DNA from: Takakia lepidozioides
Taxonomy: Eukaryota; Plantae; Bryophyta
Reading direction: 5' to 3'
DNA: 64,000 nt
Assembly (NCBI GenBank): GCA_030704615.1
Contig: CM060732.1
Location: 58,404,001 to 58,468,000, forward strand
Both the position numbers and the translations under genes were made by a program. The notes beneath the pieces are model-generated. The model did not search any database and had not been told where the DNA came from. It saw nothing but the letters and a program-made list of their open reading frames with translations. Of this stretch, positions 12,029 to 24,276 are shown in pieces. The stretch's first letter is position 1; each line of letters begins with the position of its first letter.

Positions 12029-12938
12029 TGTCGCGCGGCAATTACTCACCCATCCCTTCGCTATTCGAGGCGGAAACTCCAAGATAGAAGAGTTGGAAAT
12101 CTCTAAGTACTCAGCCCGCGCAGAACAATCAGTCATGACCTACAGCTAGTGTATCATGGGGTGTTTCCTATTTGTTTCCCTTTTGGCATTCATGTTAGCT
12201 ACCTTACCATTGATAATTAAGTATCAGTTTGCTTTATCAATCTATTGGATTCCATCAACTCATCCATTCATTCCACAGCTTCACTCAGATCTCTCTACAC
12301 AGTGTGATTGTATCGTAAAAGTATCCGATTATGATTTATCAGGTATCAGGCCGAAGCCATTGTGCTCTAATCCTGCTCTACAATATTACAAAGCCTTGCA
12401 TATAACAGCATCTACTCATCATCTCTCTATCTTCACTTCCGTTCTTAATCTCTGCCCGATCCCCTCTCCTCCATGACCAAGAAGTCCTCCTCCGAATGAA
12501 TTCCCCAAAATTCCCCGCTTCTCCCTTTATCTTCCTACCCGTGGTTCTAACCGTTTCCCTCACTAACCGTCGTCTGTGAACTAACATGTTCCCTTCGCAG
12601 GTGTTGTTCCCCACAGTCGTTCCCTGTCCTGCTCTCCGTTCCCTATGATCGTGACAGCTGTGTCAGCTGTGACTGGCTGTGTGACTGTGACGGGCTGTGT
12701 GGCTGGACTGTGTTTGGCTGTGTCGGGCTGTGACTGGCTGTGTGGCTGTGACTGTGTGGCTGTGTCGGGTGACTGTGTGGGCTGTGTGTGGCTGCTGTGT
12801 GGCTTGGTGACCTGTGTAACCCCCTCTACAGTGCGCTGCTGTCACCCCTAAGGCTCCTGTTGGTCTCAGTCTGTGCAAAAATTAAGGGTACCCTACAGAT
12901 CCCGTATAAGTGTCTAAGTCCCAGACAGTCCTCTAACA
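12029..12938 (-). repeat. 3' LTR (910 bp) with GGCTGTG minisatellite
   Basis: Near-identical to 24169-25179; adjacent PPT reads GAGGGGGGAAGGGTAA on the minus strand at 12939-12954. Confidence 0.95.
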
Positions 12939-12988
12939 TTACCCTTCCCCCCTCAAAAAGCCGTGTCCTCACGGTTTACTGATTTCGA

Positions 12989-15900
12989 TTAGCAAACCTT
13001 TGTGAGTGAGCACCTTTGACGTTGAGAGTTTCGTGGCGGACTGTGTGTACGAGCCCGAGGTCTGTCTCTGGTTGACGGAGATGGTTGATCACTACCTGGA
13101 TAAGTGAGGCCCTCTGGAGGCTGATATCGAGGTAACCTTTCCGGCATAGGAGACCCCCGTCGCTTCTTCTCTGCCATCTGAATTGCATAGTCTTCTCCCA
13201 TGTCAAAAGAATTCGGTGAAGAAACAGTTGTATCAGAATCCTCATCGCCTCTCAGGTTTTTAATTTTCGAACTTTTTGTGGAATCATCTGGGGCATACAA
13301 TGCTGTCCTACCATGTCTGGAAGTTTATATTTTACAACTTGGTGTAACCGCTGAACAGCAAAATTGGTGTAGACACTGAGCTCCTTGTCTGTCCAGGTGA
13401 GTGGGGTACCAATTACTGGTGCAGCGTGCAAGTATTTCCATGCCACATGTCCCTTATAGAAAATATCATCAATGCCGAATTTCTGTGTTGACAAATTGTT
13501 CCAGGCCGCTTGAAACCATGAACGAATTTGAGAATCCTTTTGCATCATAACTTTTGGTCATATAGGTACATATGAGGTGGCACCGAAGGTAATACCCAAT
13601 GATCTCCACTGGAATAACTCAGAAAGCGTGTTTGCATCTTTTGTTGCTCAATGTGATAACGTACCAGAAAACAAGCAGCGTAGTATAACCCGCATCCCAT
13701 GACAATACTTGCTACTCCTTTGGTCTTGGTATAAATGAGTCCATGTACAACCTGGAAAGCAATCAATTCCCTCAACATGGTACCTGCCTCGTGCCAGTAT
13801 TGTGCAAAGTGATGATCTTCAATATGTCGATTGTTCGGAAGAACTTTAGTCCTAGTTGCCACTGGGCCAAATACGCATGATTTGGTAGTAATGTGCGAAT
13901 GACTGCGGAGGACTAAATTCTTTCCAAGCCAAATCCAACATGATGGGAATTTGGTTGAAGGGCATAATCAGCCCTACTGTACTCCCTTGCAGCTGGAGTT
14001 TTAGGTGGGTTAAAAGCGCATTGCCCCATACCTCAGGCTGTGGTGTGTTGTAGTAACCACAGGTTCAGCTACTGGTACAGTGACTTGTTGTGGTGGTGGT
14101 GGTACTGGCTCTTGTATCATTGGCATCTCCTGCACCTCCTGTGAAGACTGAAAAGCCAAAGTTCTGGCTTGTAAATAAGAAGCCATTAGCTGTTCCTGAG
14201 GGATATAGACTCTTTGTCGATGTTTGAAGTGAGGTCTCCACTTGAGTCTGCAGTCCGTCTACATCCTCTTGTAACTCTGCTATCCTACTATAGACATTGT
14301 CTATAGTAGTTGTGGCAATGTTCTGCACCTGCAGCCTGAGCTCATTCATCTCGCTTTGGGTGAGCTTTCGTGGTGCTTTGCCCTCTACTGGCCCTTGTGC
14401 TAACCAGACCTGCATAAGGCTGTTATCCACCAAGTTGCTTGTGGTTCCCTGAGAGTTTGCTCCTCTCTTAGCTTGTACACTTCTAACTGCTGTTGTAAAG
14501 CCTCCATGCGCTTCGCCTGAGGTTCAACCAATTCGCATAGGCAGCAAGTAGATTATTGCTTCCTCCAAGCCTTGTTATTGACCGCGATTTCATTTCTATT
14601 GGCCATGATGTTTGTTGCAACTCCACGATGTGCTTCTCTTGATCAGCTTCAATCTGCCTGTATTGCTTGAAAGTATCCTCATTGCGACAGATTGTATTCT
14701 TCATATCGACAATGAGTTTCATTTGCTCAACATTCTCTTCTTCTGCCTTCGTACATTTTTCCGCTTGACTGTTTATTTCTTTTGTAGATTGGTCAAGCAT
14801 AGTTGTGAATGTAGCACATTGTATCGCCATCCTGTCATGCACTGTCTGCAACTCCGTATGTAGTGCATTCACTTCTTGCAACTTGCTTTCATGCTGCACC
14901 TGCATTTGGTATAGCTGTTGCTTATGTGCTTCGTGCAACTGGTCTTGCGCGAGGCCTGCCTCAATCAATTGTTCCTTGGCCAATTGCAAAGCCTTCTGTA
15001 TTTCCCAAGTCCTGCTGCATCTTGAGAGTGACCTCTTCATCGACCTTGTTTGCACACTCAGTGGCTAGTCGAGCCTCAACTCCTTCCTGAGTTCCTCTCT
15101 CAAGGCTGTCAATTGGGTAGTTGGAACATGGGATTTGACATAAGTCCCCAACAAATTAAGTGTCCTGCCTATGGAACTCATCAGCATTGCCTGTTGAGGG
15201 TCATCATGGTGAGGTTGCTGCTGTTCCTCCTGATCCTCAACAGTGTGATGTCTCACGAACCATTCAGGCCATTGTCCCACCGGATTTTCTTCCTGAACCA
15301 CTTCATCTATCACCGGTGCTACAGTGTCATGACCTTCCGCCTGTGGTACCTCCGACACAGGTGTGTGTATTATATGCACCTCAGGATTTCCCTTGGGCAA
15401 CTGTTGCACCTCTGGGAATCTCTGTCTCCTTGACCAGACCAGAATATTCATAGAGAAGGTCCCCCTTCTCCATTTCTGCCACTATCTGTTCTGTAGTTGG
15501 AATATCTAACCCTTCTCTTTCCAAATCAATTATTTCTGGTTGAGCTGCATGGACAACTTGTGACCTTGTGACAAGTCGATCAGCTGGCTGTGATGGTTGT
15601 GATACAAAGTAACTTCCTCCTCCCTCTCTGAAGGTCCTGCTTCCAGTAATAGCATTTCTCTGTGCTGCTGTGGCCCCTTCCTGCACATTGAGCTTGGGAA
15701 ACATTATCATTGCGGAATCCGTGAAGCCAGTGGGATCCGCCACTACAGTCTTTCCCCGTCTCTGCCTCTTAGTCTCGGGTTGCCCTGCTAGTCCACCCTC
15801 ACTGTGTGAAGAGCTTGCTCATTTCATTTTTTGGTTTCTGGCTCAAACACTCCCATTTCCTTTCTTTCTTGAGCATCAAGTATGCCAGAATCAAGGATTA

Positions 15901-16794
15901 TTTGAGCAATGATTGGGCCAGACACTATGATAGGAAACTTTGCGGTAGTACCTTGTAATCTTTTCATCTCCTCACCAGTGCGTTGTACATTATGTCCGCC
16001 CATTGTACCTCTGGTCCCTTCAGGCCTTTGAGTATTTCCTCCGTGAAGGATCTGCTCAAATACTGTTGGTTCTGTTTCATGGCAATCAGAACGTTCAATA
16101 CCTGGCCTACCTCTTTTAGCCCTGGGTACACAGCCTTGGTACAAGCATAACCCTGAGTTTTAAAGAAACTCCCCTTCTGGAATAAGTCCCCTTTGCAGTC
16201 TTGCCCTGTGTTCCTCCACATGCACCTGACCTGCTGGCAATCAAAACAATTGCTGGAGGTATAGGGGAGTAATCATCAATTCAACTCCCTTCACCGTTGT
16301 TGTTCCTGTCCTTGGCTCAAAGTTCTGCAAAAATTGTAACATGTACTGTCTATGGTGTAATGTCCAATCTAGGCTTTGCAATCCTTGCAATCTCAGCTCC
16401 TCCAGTATCTGTATCGCCAGTGGGGTAGCAATCGTTTGTTTCTGCAGAATGTGGTGCTCTTCACCCTGATTTCCTCCATTCCTCTCACTCTCTTCATTTT
16501 AGACTCACAGAACTGTTTTGGCTGTAACAACTGCAGGAATTGCTGTAGTGCACAAAGCATAAACGTATGGTTGCCGTAGAAAGCTATGGGTAATTTCTTG
16601 TAAGCCTGCGGGGCTTGCAAGCATCGCTCAAGAGAAAAGCTCCGCTCTGTCCTTTCGTGTCTATGCCACTGCGTAAGTAATATTGCGAGCGTATAGTCTT
16701 CTGTTAGTTCCTCCATAGTTTCCAAGCTATAGCATTGATGGTCTGTCCCGTCGAGACGCCCGTTACTCAGAACGACGCCGCCTCTTGCGCTCAA
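12989..16794 (-). CDS. Large frameshifted accessory ORF downstream of pol, same strand as pol (about 1200 codons if joined)
   Basis: Chain of overlapping minus-strand ORFs: N-terminal globular region, low-complexity linker, coiled coil (about 14200-15100) and an aromatic-rich C-terminal domain; homolog at 7640-9400. Confidence 0.75.
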
Positions 16795-17189
16795 TTTCCC
16801 TCCATTTCTTGATCCTTTCTCTGGTTTTCTATTGGCTGTATCCGCTGTGACTGGATTTTAGATTTTATTTTCTTTAGTGGACTTTCCCTGCTGGATAGTC
16901 CACTAGGATCACACATGTGACAAGAATTTCGTTTTTCTGTACTTGCCGTTCGTTCTGTTTCCCTTTTTCCGTATTCATTAATGGGCCCGCCTTTCATCCC
17001 TTTTGACGGCCGTTCTTGTCCTCTTTCTTTATAACACCTGTTCTTGCACTTCCTTCTCAGCTGTGTGTCGCGCCCTGACCTCCACGTGTCTATTTTTAAA
17101 CTAATTTCCGTTTCTCTTCCGTCAGCCATTTTCTTGAAGTTATTATGCGTCCACCTGTCACTGATTCTATGGATCGTGTAACCCTAGTA

Positions 17190-17430
17190 GGCTGTGTTGA
17201 GCTGTGACAGGCTGTGTCATACTGTGTTACGCTGTGATAGGCTGTGATGCACTGTGGTAAGCTGTGATAGGCTGTGACACGCTGTGGTAGGTTGTGATAG
17301 GCTGTGTTGCGCCGGTGCTGGGCTGTGATAGGCTGTGTCACGTTGTGATGGGCTGTGATAGGTTGTGCTTTGCCTTGATGGGCTGTGATAGGCTGTGCTT
17401 TGCCTTGTTGGGCTGTGATAGGCTGTGTCA
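17190..17430. repeat. GGCTGTGATA-based minisatellite overlapping the integrase C-terminus
   Basis: 10/30-bp periodic units; translate as TAYHSPxxxx repeats in the integrase frame. Confidence 0.9.
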
Positions 17431-18844
17431 CGTTTGTTTTGCCCGCCCTGGTCATATATGCTCGGCCTAGCGACAAGTGCTCCATACTCCGTTCGTAACA
17501 CTGGTGCAGCCCGTGACTGCTCTTGCGGTTCAACATGCAAATCATGCTGCAAGGGTTTGTCATGGATACCACTGTACCCCTTCAACTTATTGGCATTGAC
17601 TCTTCCCAGCATTTCTTTGTTAATGGTTTGTAACATGGCGGTGTTGTTATCATACATCTTTTGTATGACATAAGGTCCTTTCCATGGTGATTTAAGCTTA
17701 GAAGCTTGAATCTTTCCTTTCTTCTGCAACCATAGAACCAAATCCCCCGTCTTAAAAGTCTTTAACTTGCCTTCATCAAACTGTTCCTTTCGCTTCATCT
17801 GAATTCTGGTCATATTATCAGCTGCATCAGCACGTACTTCTTCCACATGGTATAATTCATGTTTCCTGACCTTGATGGAGTCTTGCAATTCCATTCTCTT
17901 TCCCCACTCCGTTCTCATGGTAGGTAACAGGAATTCCACTGGAAGTAAGGCTTCCATACCATAAACTAATTGGAATGGTGTATACTTAGTGGTGACTTTA
18001 TATGAAGTCCTGTATGACCACAAAGCTGTCAGCAGCTTTGTATCCCAATCCGTTCTGTTTGCATTGACTATCTTAGCCAAGATAGTACATAGTATTTTGT
18101 TGGTAGCCTCTGCCTGCCCATTACCCTGTGGGTAATATGTTGTACTCTTTCTATGCACAATCATGAACTTTTTAGTCAACAACTCAATGGTCTCATTCAT
18201 GAAGTGACTTCCCTGATCACTGATAAATTCTAAGGGACAGCCAAATCGTGTAAATATGTTCTCGTACAGGAACCTTGCTGTGGACTTGGCTGTGTTGTCC
18301 CTCAAAGCTTTAGCTTCCACCCACTTTGTAGTATAATCAGTGGCTGTAATTATGTACCTGTTTGTGTATTCTTGGATGGTGGGTTAATTGGTCCAACAAA
18401 GTCTAGTCCCCATTTCTGAAATGGTTCCGTAGGCATTGTAGGATGCAAGGCCATCCTTCCAGATCTCTGCAAAGGTCCTAGCCTCTGACATTCATCACAC
18501 TTCTGACAATACTCGTGTACATCTTTGAACAAAGTAGGCCACCAGTATCCTGCGAGTAGTATCTTTCTACTGGTAGTCTCTTCTCCAAAATGACCTCCAG
18601 CCACTCCTTTATGAACTTCCGCCAAAACTTTATTTACTTCATGGTGGTACAAGCATCGTTTTAGTACTCCATCAGGTCCTAACTTATACATTCTGCTTCC
18701 TACCATAGTATAAGGTAAAGCTTTGATAGCGATTCTCTTCCTCTGCTCCTTACCATAACTAGGTGGGCACTGACCATGAGCAAGGTAGTATCTGATTGGC
18801 CACTGCCAATCTAACCAGTCATCTGCACTTCCCTGCACCTCCAC
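17217..18844 (-). CDS. Gypsy integrase (H2C2, rve, GPY), split by a frameshift near 18350
   Basis: VHKGVAGGHFG...CDEC, WGLDFVGP, ISDQGSHF, QAEATN, WKGPY. Confidence 0.93.
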
Positions 18845-18895
18845 TGCAAAGAGACTCGCATCTGGTAATTGATCATCTATTCCTGTGGCTGGTTC

Positions 18896-21301
18896 TCATG
18901 TTGACAATCGTGACAAATGATCCGCCACAAGATGCAGTCTCCCAGGCTTGTAAACAACCTCGAACTCAAACTCGTGCAAGATTATCAACCATCTTGCTAT
19001 TCTTCCGCTTATCAAAGGTTTGTTTACCAGGTATATCAGAGCCTGGTGATCCACATAGAACATAAACTTCTTGCCCAACAGGTAATGCCTGAATTTCTTC
19101 ACTGCATAGATCATTGCCAATGCTTCTCTTTCCGTTGTGCTATAGTTCCTTTCAGCACTGTTCATCAACCGGCTAGCATAGTACACAGGTGAATCTATAT
19201 TCCCTGTAACATTCTGGGCTAACACCGCTCCCAACGCTTCTCCTGATGCATCGCAGTGAACATGGAATACTACATGCCAATGAGGGTTAATCAGCACAGG
19301 TGTAGTTGTTACTGACAGTGTAAGTTCCTCAAATGCCTGTTGACATTCAGCTGTCCAGGCAAACACTGCATCTTTCTTCAGTAGTTTGCTCAATGGTGCT
19401 GCTATTTGTGCATACCTTTTGACAAATCTCCTGTAATAACTGGTTTGCCCAAGGAATCTTCGTAGACTTTTAACATTCACTGGTGGTGGAGAGGCTTTAA
19501 TGGACTCTGTCTTTCTGGGATCCACAAGGAGTCCCTTCTTACACACAATGTGTCCCAGAAGCACCCCTGAGTTCACACAGAAAGTACACTTCTCTGGATT
19601 CAGGCCCAGACCTCTCATCCTGCATCTGGCCAAACATAACTCCAATTTATGCAAGTGCTCACTTAGAGCTGTACACACTGAATCATCCAAGAATACCTGC
19701 ATGAAATCATCCAGATACTCATGAAAAGATTCACTTATCACTCTCTGAAAGGTCGCTGGTGCATTACAAAGTCCAAAGGGCATGACTTTGTATGCATAAG
19801 CCCCCCAGTCTGTGATGAAAGCTGTTTTCCCTTGGTCTTCTTCTGCCACTTGCACTTGATTATAACCACTGAAGCCATCCATGAATGAGTACATCTCATG
19901 GCCTGCCACAGTGTCTAATACTGCTTCTGTGAATGGCAAAGGGAAAGGATCTTTCTTCGTACAAGCATTCAGCTTCTTATAGTTCACACATACTCTTAGT
20001 TTGCCATTCTTCTTGGGAACTATAACAATGGGTGACAACCAAGTTGTATACTCTATTGGGTATATAAACTTAGCCTCAGCCAACTTCTTTATCTCTTCTC
20101 CAACCTTCTGTGCGTAGTTGGGATTCATTCTATACCTCGCCTGCTTGATTGGTACCGACCCTGGTTCCAGTTCAATCTTATGCTGACAGACTTCAGGTGG
20201 TATCCCCTTTAGATCCTCATAGCTCCAAGCAAATACATCTCTGTATTTGATGAACAAGCTTTTAGCTTCTTCGAAGAATTCCGGCTCCAAATCAGCTCCT
20301 ACTTTCACCATCCTCGGTTCCTCTTTAGTTCCCACATTTACTTCCCTCACCTGCTCATCAGCTGTGATTGTCCAACCAGTCACCACTTCATCCTGTAAGC
20401 TCACAGTGGCTGGTTCTTCTAGGATTTCTATTTCTTCTTCTCTTTCTTCATAGAAATGTGATGGGTAAATGCTGGTTTCCTCTTCAGTTGGTGTTGCTGT
20501 CACTACACCACAGCAGATACCTCTCAAACAACTTAGGCTTTCCAGCCGCATCTCTGCAACCTGCTCCCACTCTGGGTGTGCAGCAAATAGGGTAGCTTCC
20601 TGCTCCTCATCCAGTCCTCCTTTCCAGTCATACTCTCTGACTCCTCGAGGTCTTCTTGTAGCAGGTAATCTACTAGATTTCTTTGTGGTAATTTGTATCT
20701 CGTGTATCCCATTATGCACGGTTAGTAACTGAGAATTCCAGTCATGGAATACCCTGGCCTGTTTCAGCCAAGGCCGTCCCAATAATAAGGAGTAAGCCTC
20801 CATGACTTCATCCAGTTTCAACACAGTTACTGTGATCATAAAGATCATCTTCTGTATCTGTATCTTAACTCCTCTTATTAATCCCAATGGCTGTACACTT
20901 CTTTGATCTGCCATTATTACTGTAAATGGGGCTGGTTTCATGTTACTTAGACCAAGCTTCTTCCTTAATTGGTCTGTCATGATATTTACTCCAGAACCTC
21001 CATCTATCAGTACATCAGTTAGTTCTGTGCTTCCAATTCTCAATTGGATTACTGGCATAGAATCATCAAAGTCCATGACTGTTTCTCGCCCTTCCGGCTT
21101 CACATTATAACTGGTCACCTTGCTGTTCAGGTCTGTGTTTCCTGTCTCTTGGGCAATTCGATTGATTGCTTGATACAGCCTGTGCCTACAATAAGGTGCC
21201 ACAGCTAATAGCTGTCCAATGGTAATTTCTGCTTTGGTCTGGCATATTACTTCAGCCAAAGTCTCTTCATTACTTTGCATGTCTGCATCTTCTTTCTTCA
21301 T
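18896..21301 (-). CDS. Gypsy pol: aspartic protease, reverse transcriptase, RNase H
   Basis: LIDGGSG protease; MDGFSGY, MPFGLCNAPATFQ, FLDD RT motifs; HCDAS, TTERE, YVDH, VADHLSR RNase H motifs. Confidence 0.96.
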   Translation of the reverse strand: MKKEDADMQSNEETLAEVICQTKAEITIGQLLAVAPYCRHRLYQAINRIAQETGNTDLNSKVTSYNVKPEGRETVMDFDDSMPVIQLRIGSTELTDVLIDGGSGVNIMTDQLRKKLGLSNMKPAPFTVIMADQRSVQPLGLIRGVKIQIQKMIFMITVTVLKLDEVMEAYSLLLGRPWLKQARVFHDWNSQLLTVHNGIHEIQITTKKSSRLPATRRPRGVREYDWKGGLDEEQEATLFAAHPEWEQVAEMRLESLSCLRGICCGVVTATPTEEETSIYPSHFYEEREEEIEILEEPATVSLQDEVVTGWTITADEQVREVNVGTKEEPRMVKVGADLEPEFFEEAKSLFIKYRDVFAWSYEDLKGIPPEVCQHKIELEPGSVPIKQARYRMNPNYAQKVGEEIKKLAEAKFIYPIEYTTWLSPIVIVPKKNGKLRVCVNYKKLNACTKKDPFPLPFTEAVLDTVAGHEMYSFMDGFSGYNQVQVAEEDQGKTAFITDWGAYAYKVMPFGLCNAPATFQRVISESFHEYLDDFMQVFLDDSVCTALSEHLHKLELCLARCRMRGLGLNPEKCTFCVNSGVLLGHIVCKKGLLVDPRKTESIKASPPPVNVKSLRRFLGQTSYYRRFVKRYAQIAAPLSKLLKKDAVFAWTAECQQAFEELTLSVTTTPVLINPHWHVVFHVHCDASGEALGAVLAQNVTGNIDSPVYYASRLMNSAERNYSTTEREALAMIYAVKKFRHYLLGKKFMFYVDHQALIYLVNKPLISGRIARWLIILHEFEFEVVYKPGRLHLVADHLSRLST

Positions 21302-21380
21302 TTCTTCCTCACTCCTTCTTTTTCTCCATCCGAATCAGAGGAATCTGCCACAGGAATATCAGTACTCTTTTGCATTTCCC

Positions 21381-23565
21381 TTATAGTATCTGCCACTTTC
21401 TTGTGCAGTTCTTCTCATCTTTCCAAGTCTCTTCATCTTCAGGCATATCATTGCCACTTCCATTATCATCTTCTTCCTCTTCTACTGGAGGTATTAGTTT
21501 GGCTTTACTTCTTGTTACTATCATTGTACTTACTTCTGGTACAACACATGGCCTAACCATGTGAGCTGCCACCACTGGGCCCTCATTCACATGAGCTCTC
21601 ATCTCATTCTGGTGTCTTATCCAGAATGAACAGGCTGCCTTGCGATGTCCTGGCTGATTACAATAGTAACATAGCTCTTCACCATTAGGTCCTCGCCCTT
21701 GGTCTGTTCTTGGATTATTTCTATAATCCTGATTCCCGGGCTGGTAATTCCCCCTTGGATTACCCTGATAGTTGCCTCTGGAATTTCCTTGGTAATTCCC
21801 TCTTGAATTACCTCTCCCTTCTATGCCATTGTTATAACCACCAGACCTACCATAGTGGTCCTGATCATTGTTTCTTCTTGGCTGGGGCTGCACCTGATGC
21901 ACCCTTACTTGCCTAGGTTCTCTTGCAGCTGTCCTTCTGTTGTAGTAACAATTCTCAGTAGAATGGTTATCCATTTTACAGATAGTACAGTGTTTCTCCT
22001 TCATGTGGCATTCTGTGGTGGTATGGCCTTCATTCTGGCACTTTGCACACCATACACCCTTCCTCCAATATGTTGCAGCCTCTGTGGCATACTTCTTCAA
22101 GATTTCTTCCAATTTTTTTTCATAGTTATCCCTCTTCAACTTCTCCTTTCTCTTACTCTTTCTTTTTAGTTCTTGCTCTTCTTCTTCATCTGACTCATCC
22201 TCAGAGTCCTCATCTTTTTTTTCTCTCTCCTGAGCATTTCCAATTGCTCAATTCTGTTTGCAGTTTCAAATGCCTCCTCCACTGTATTATGGGGTAACAT
22301 ATCCACTTTCTTTTGCAACTCTGGTCTTAGTCCACTCACAAACCAAGTCTTCTGTAAACCGGGTGCTGGTACTGCAGCCAGCTTTTTCATCATCAATTCC
22401 ATCTTCTCCATATACTCTTCAACAGTTTCATGCTTCTTCTGCTTCAGCTGTTGTAAACTTCCATACACTTCATCCTCAGTTTTACTTGTCCTGAACCTAT
22501 TTCGAAATGCTGTATTCAAGCCATTCCAGGTTAGGAAATGATTATCAGGGAATATTGCATACCATTCACTTGCTTTCTTGATAAGTGAACAAGGAAACAG
22601 TCTCATCTTGGCATCATCGCCATTCTCATTGTTCACTATACACATGTGCTCAAATTGGCTAATGTGTATATCGAGATCCCCTTTTCCTGAATATATTGGA
22701 AAGGGTGGTTTTGCCCGTGTTGGTTGTAACGCCATCTGTGGCCCTACCTTCTGCCCACTGACAGGTGCTGGCACCCTTGCTGGTGCTGGTCCTTCTGGAC
22801 CTGTTGTTTTTGTGGTGGATCTTCCACCAAGTGGTGGCCTTTGAGCACTCCCTGCTTCTGGCCCCACGATATTCACATATTCCCAGCTTCAGTTGCACTA
22901 CTTCCCACACTCCCTGTCCCCCCAGAGCCAGATCCAGGCAGCCCGCCTGATCCCCCTGAGCCGACACCTTCGTTGGCCTGTGATCCAAGTGCTCCACTTG
23001 ATCCAGGTCCAACGGGTTGGGATGTCCTGGTTGTAGTCTCAACCTCAGCTGTTGGGTCTACTTCTTCATATTCTTCCTCTTCCAATTTCTTCTCTCTGTT
23101 TTCATCCTCCAAGTTTTGCCCTTGGGTTTCTTTTTCACTCATGTAACTCAACTGTAATGGTGTTGGAGAGTCTGAACTCTCCGTTGGCTCTGCCACATCC
23201 TCTTCTCCTTCTTCACCTTCTGCTTCAGAAACTAGAGTTCCTGCTTTTGGTGTTCCATGCCAACTCTTATCAAAGATTTCTGTCAAATCTTTTATCCAAG
23301 GATGTACCTCAGATCTTTCACCTCGTGATTGATCTTCTTCCTGTACCAATTCCCTTAATCTTTCTTGCAAAGAAACAGAAGGAGTGGCATCCAACTCTAG
23401 TTCTTCCGGTATAGGTGATGTACTCTTTGATCTTAATGGTGTGAGAGGTCCAGATGATTCCCCTATGTCTATTCCTCTCTCCCAAAGATATGGATAATTA
23501 GCTTTCAGATAGCTTTCTCTTTTTGCTGAACATCTCTGGCGTCTAGCTTCTCTTTCATCACTCAT
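21381..23565 (-). CDS. Gag (acidic/Gly-rich N-terminus, capsid, three CCHC knuckles), split by frameshifts
   Basis: MRLFPCSL..KASEWY and QQLKQKKHETVEEY capsid motifs; CAKCQNEGHTTTEC, CTICKMDNHSTENC, CYYCNQPGHRKAAC; RGNYQGN repeats. Confidence 0.9.
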
Positions 23566-23586
23566 GTCCCATGTCTTTCATTTCTT

Positions 23587-24276
23587 TTAATGTGGCAATA
23601 ACCAAAACTCTCTTCTGTAATATCTCTCGTATATGCCTGGGTTTCTTTCAAGCTTCAATGCACCCTTGGCTATACTTGAAGTCTCCGTTACCATATAACC
23701 ATATGGCAAACAAGTCTGAAAAGTTGTTGTGAGTTTGATCCACAAAATATCCTTTGGAATCCAATTCTTTACCAGTACAAGCTCTTCATGCATATGAGTA
23801 TAAACATTCACCTTTCTTTCTTCCCAGCCTTCAAACTCTACTCGCTTAATGGATAGCAATGCTATCACATAAACCAATGTTGGTAACCAACGTGCTCTTC
23901 CTCTACAGGCTACCTGATAAATCTTTATCACTCCTTTCTCCAGACCCCATTCCGGATCAGCATCATGCACTCGCTTAAGAATATTTTCTTTACAACCGTC
24001 TGGCAATTCCAAGAACCTTTGAAAGAATTGTTTGGACAATCTTTCTTCCTTCGTTCCACAGGGAATTTGATTCACTTCAAATTCTTTAATGGTCCAACCA
24101 CCATGATCCCACCAGATGCCTGTCACATCTGGTTGTTCATGACTCAGTTCCCCAGTATGGTCGCCAAATGTCGCACGGCAATTACTCACCCATCCCTTCG
24201 CTATTCGAGGCGGAAACTCCGAGATAGAAGAGTTGGAAATCTCTAAGTACTCAGCCCGCGCAGAACAATCAGTCAT
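23587..24276 (-). CDS. 229-aa ORF of unknown function upstream of gag, opening inside the 5' LTR
   Basis: Uninterrupted ORF across the LTR end and PBS, ending 22 nt before the gag-region ATG; no recognised motif. Confidence 0.5.
   Translation of the reverse strand: MTDCSARAEYLEISNSSISEFPPRIAKGWVSNCRATFGDHTGELSHEQPDVTGIWWDHGGWTIKEFEVNQIPCGTKEERLSKQFFQRFLELPDGCKENILKRVHDADPEWGLEKGVIKIYQVACRGRARWLPTLVYVIALLSIKRVEFEGWEERKVNVYTHMHEELVLVKNWIPKDILWIKLTTTFQTCLPYGYMVTETSSIAKGALKLERNPGIYERYYRREFWLLPH
24149..24166 (-). promoter_or_regulatory. Primer binding site, tRNA-Arg-like
   Basis: TGGCGACCATACTGGGGA on the minus strand, 2 nt after the LTR CA; resembles plant tRNA-Arg PBSs (TGGCGAC...). Confidence 0.75.

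Noticed and set aside
12655-12815. Repeat arrays here and at 5128, 10371, 17190 and 46566 as possible CRISPR arrays
   Set aside because: No identical repeats with unique 30-40 bp spacers, no cas genes, eukaryotic context.
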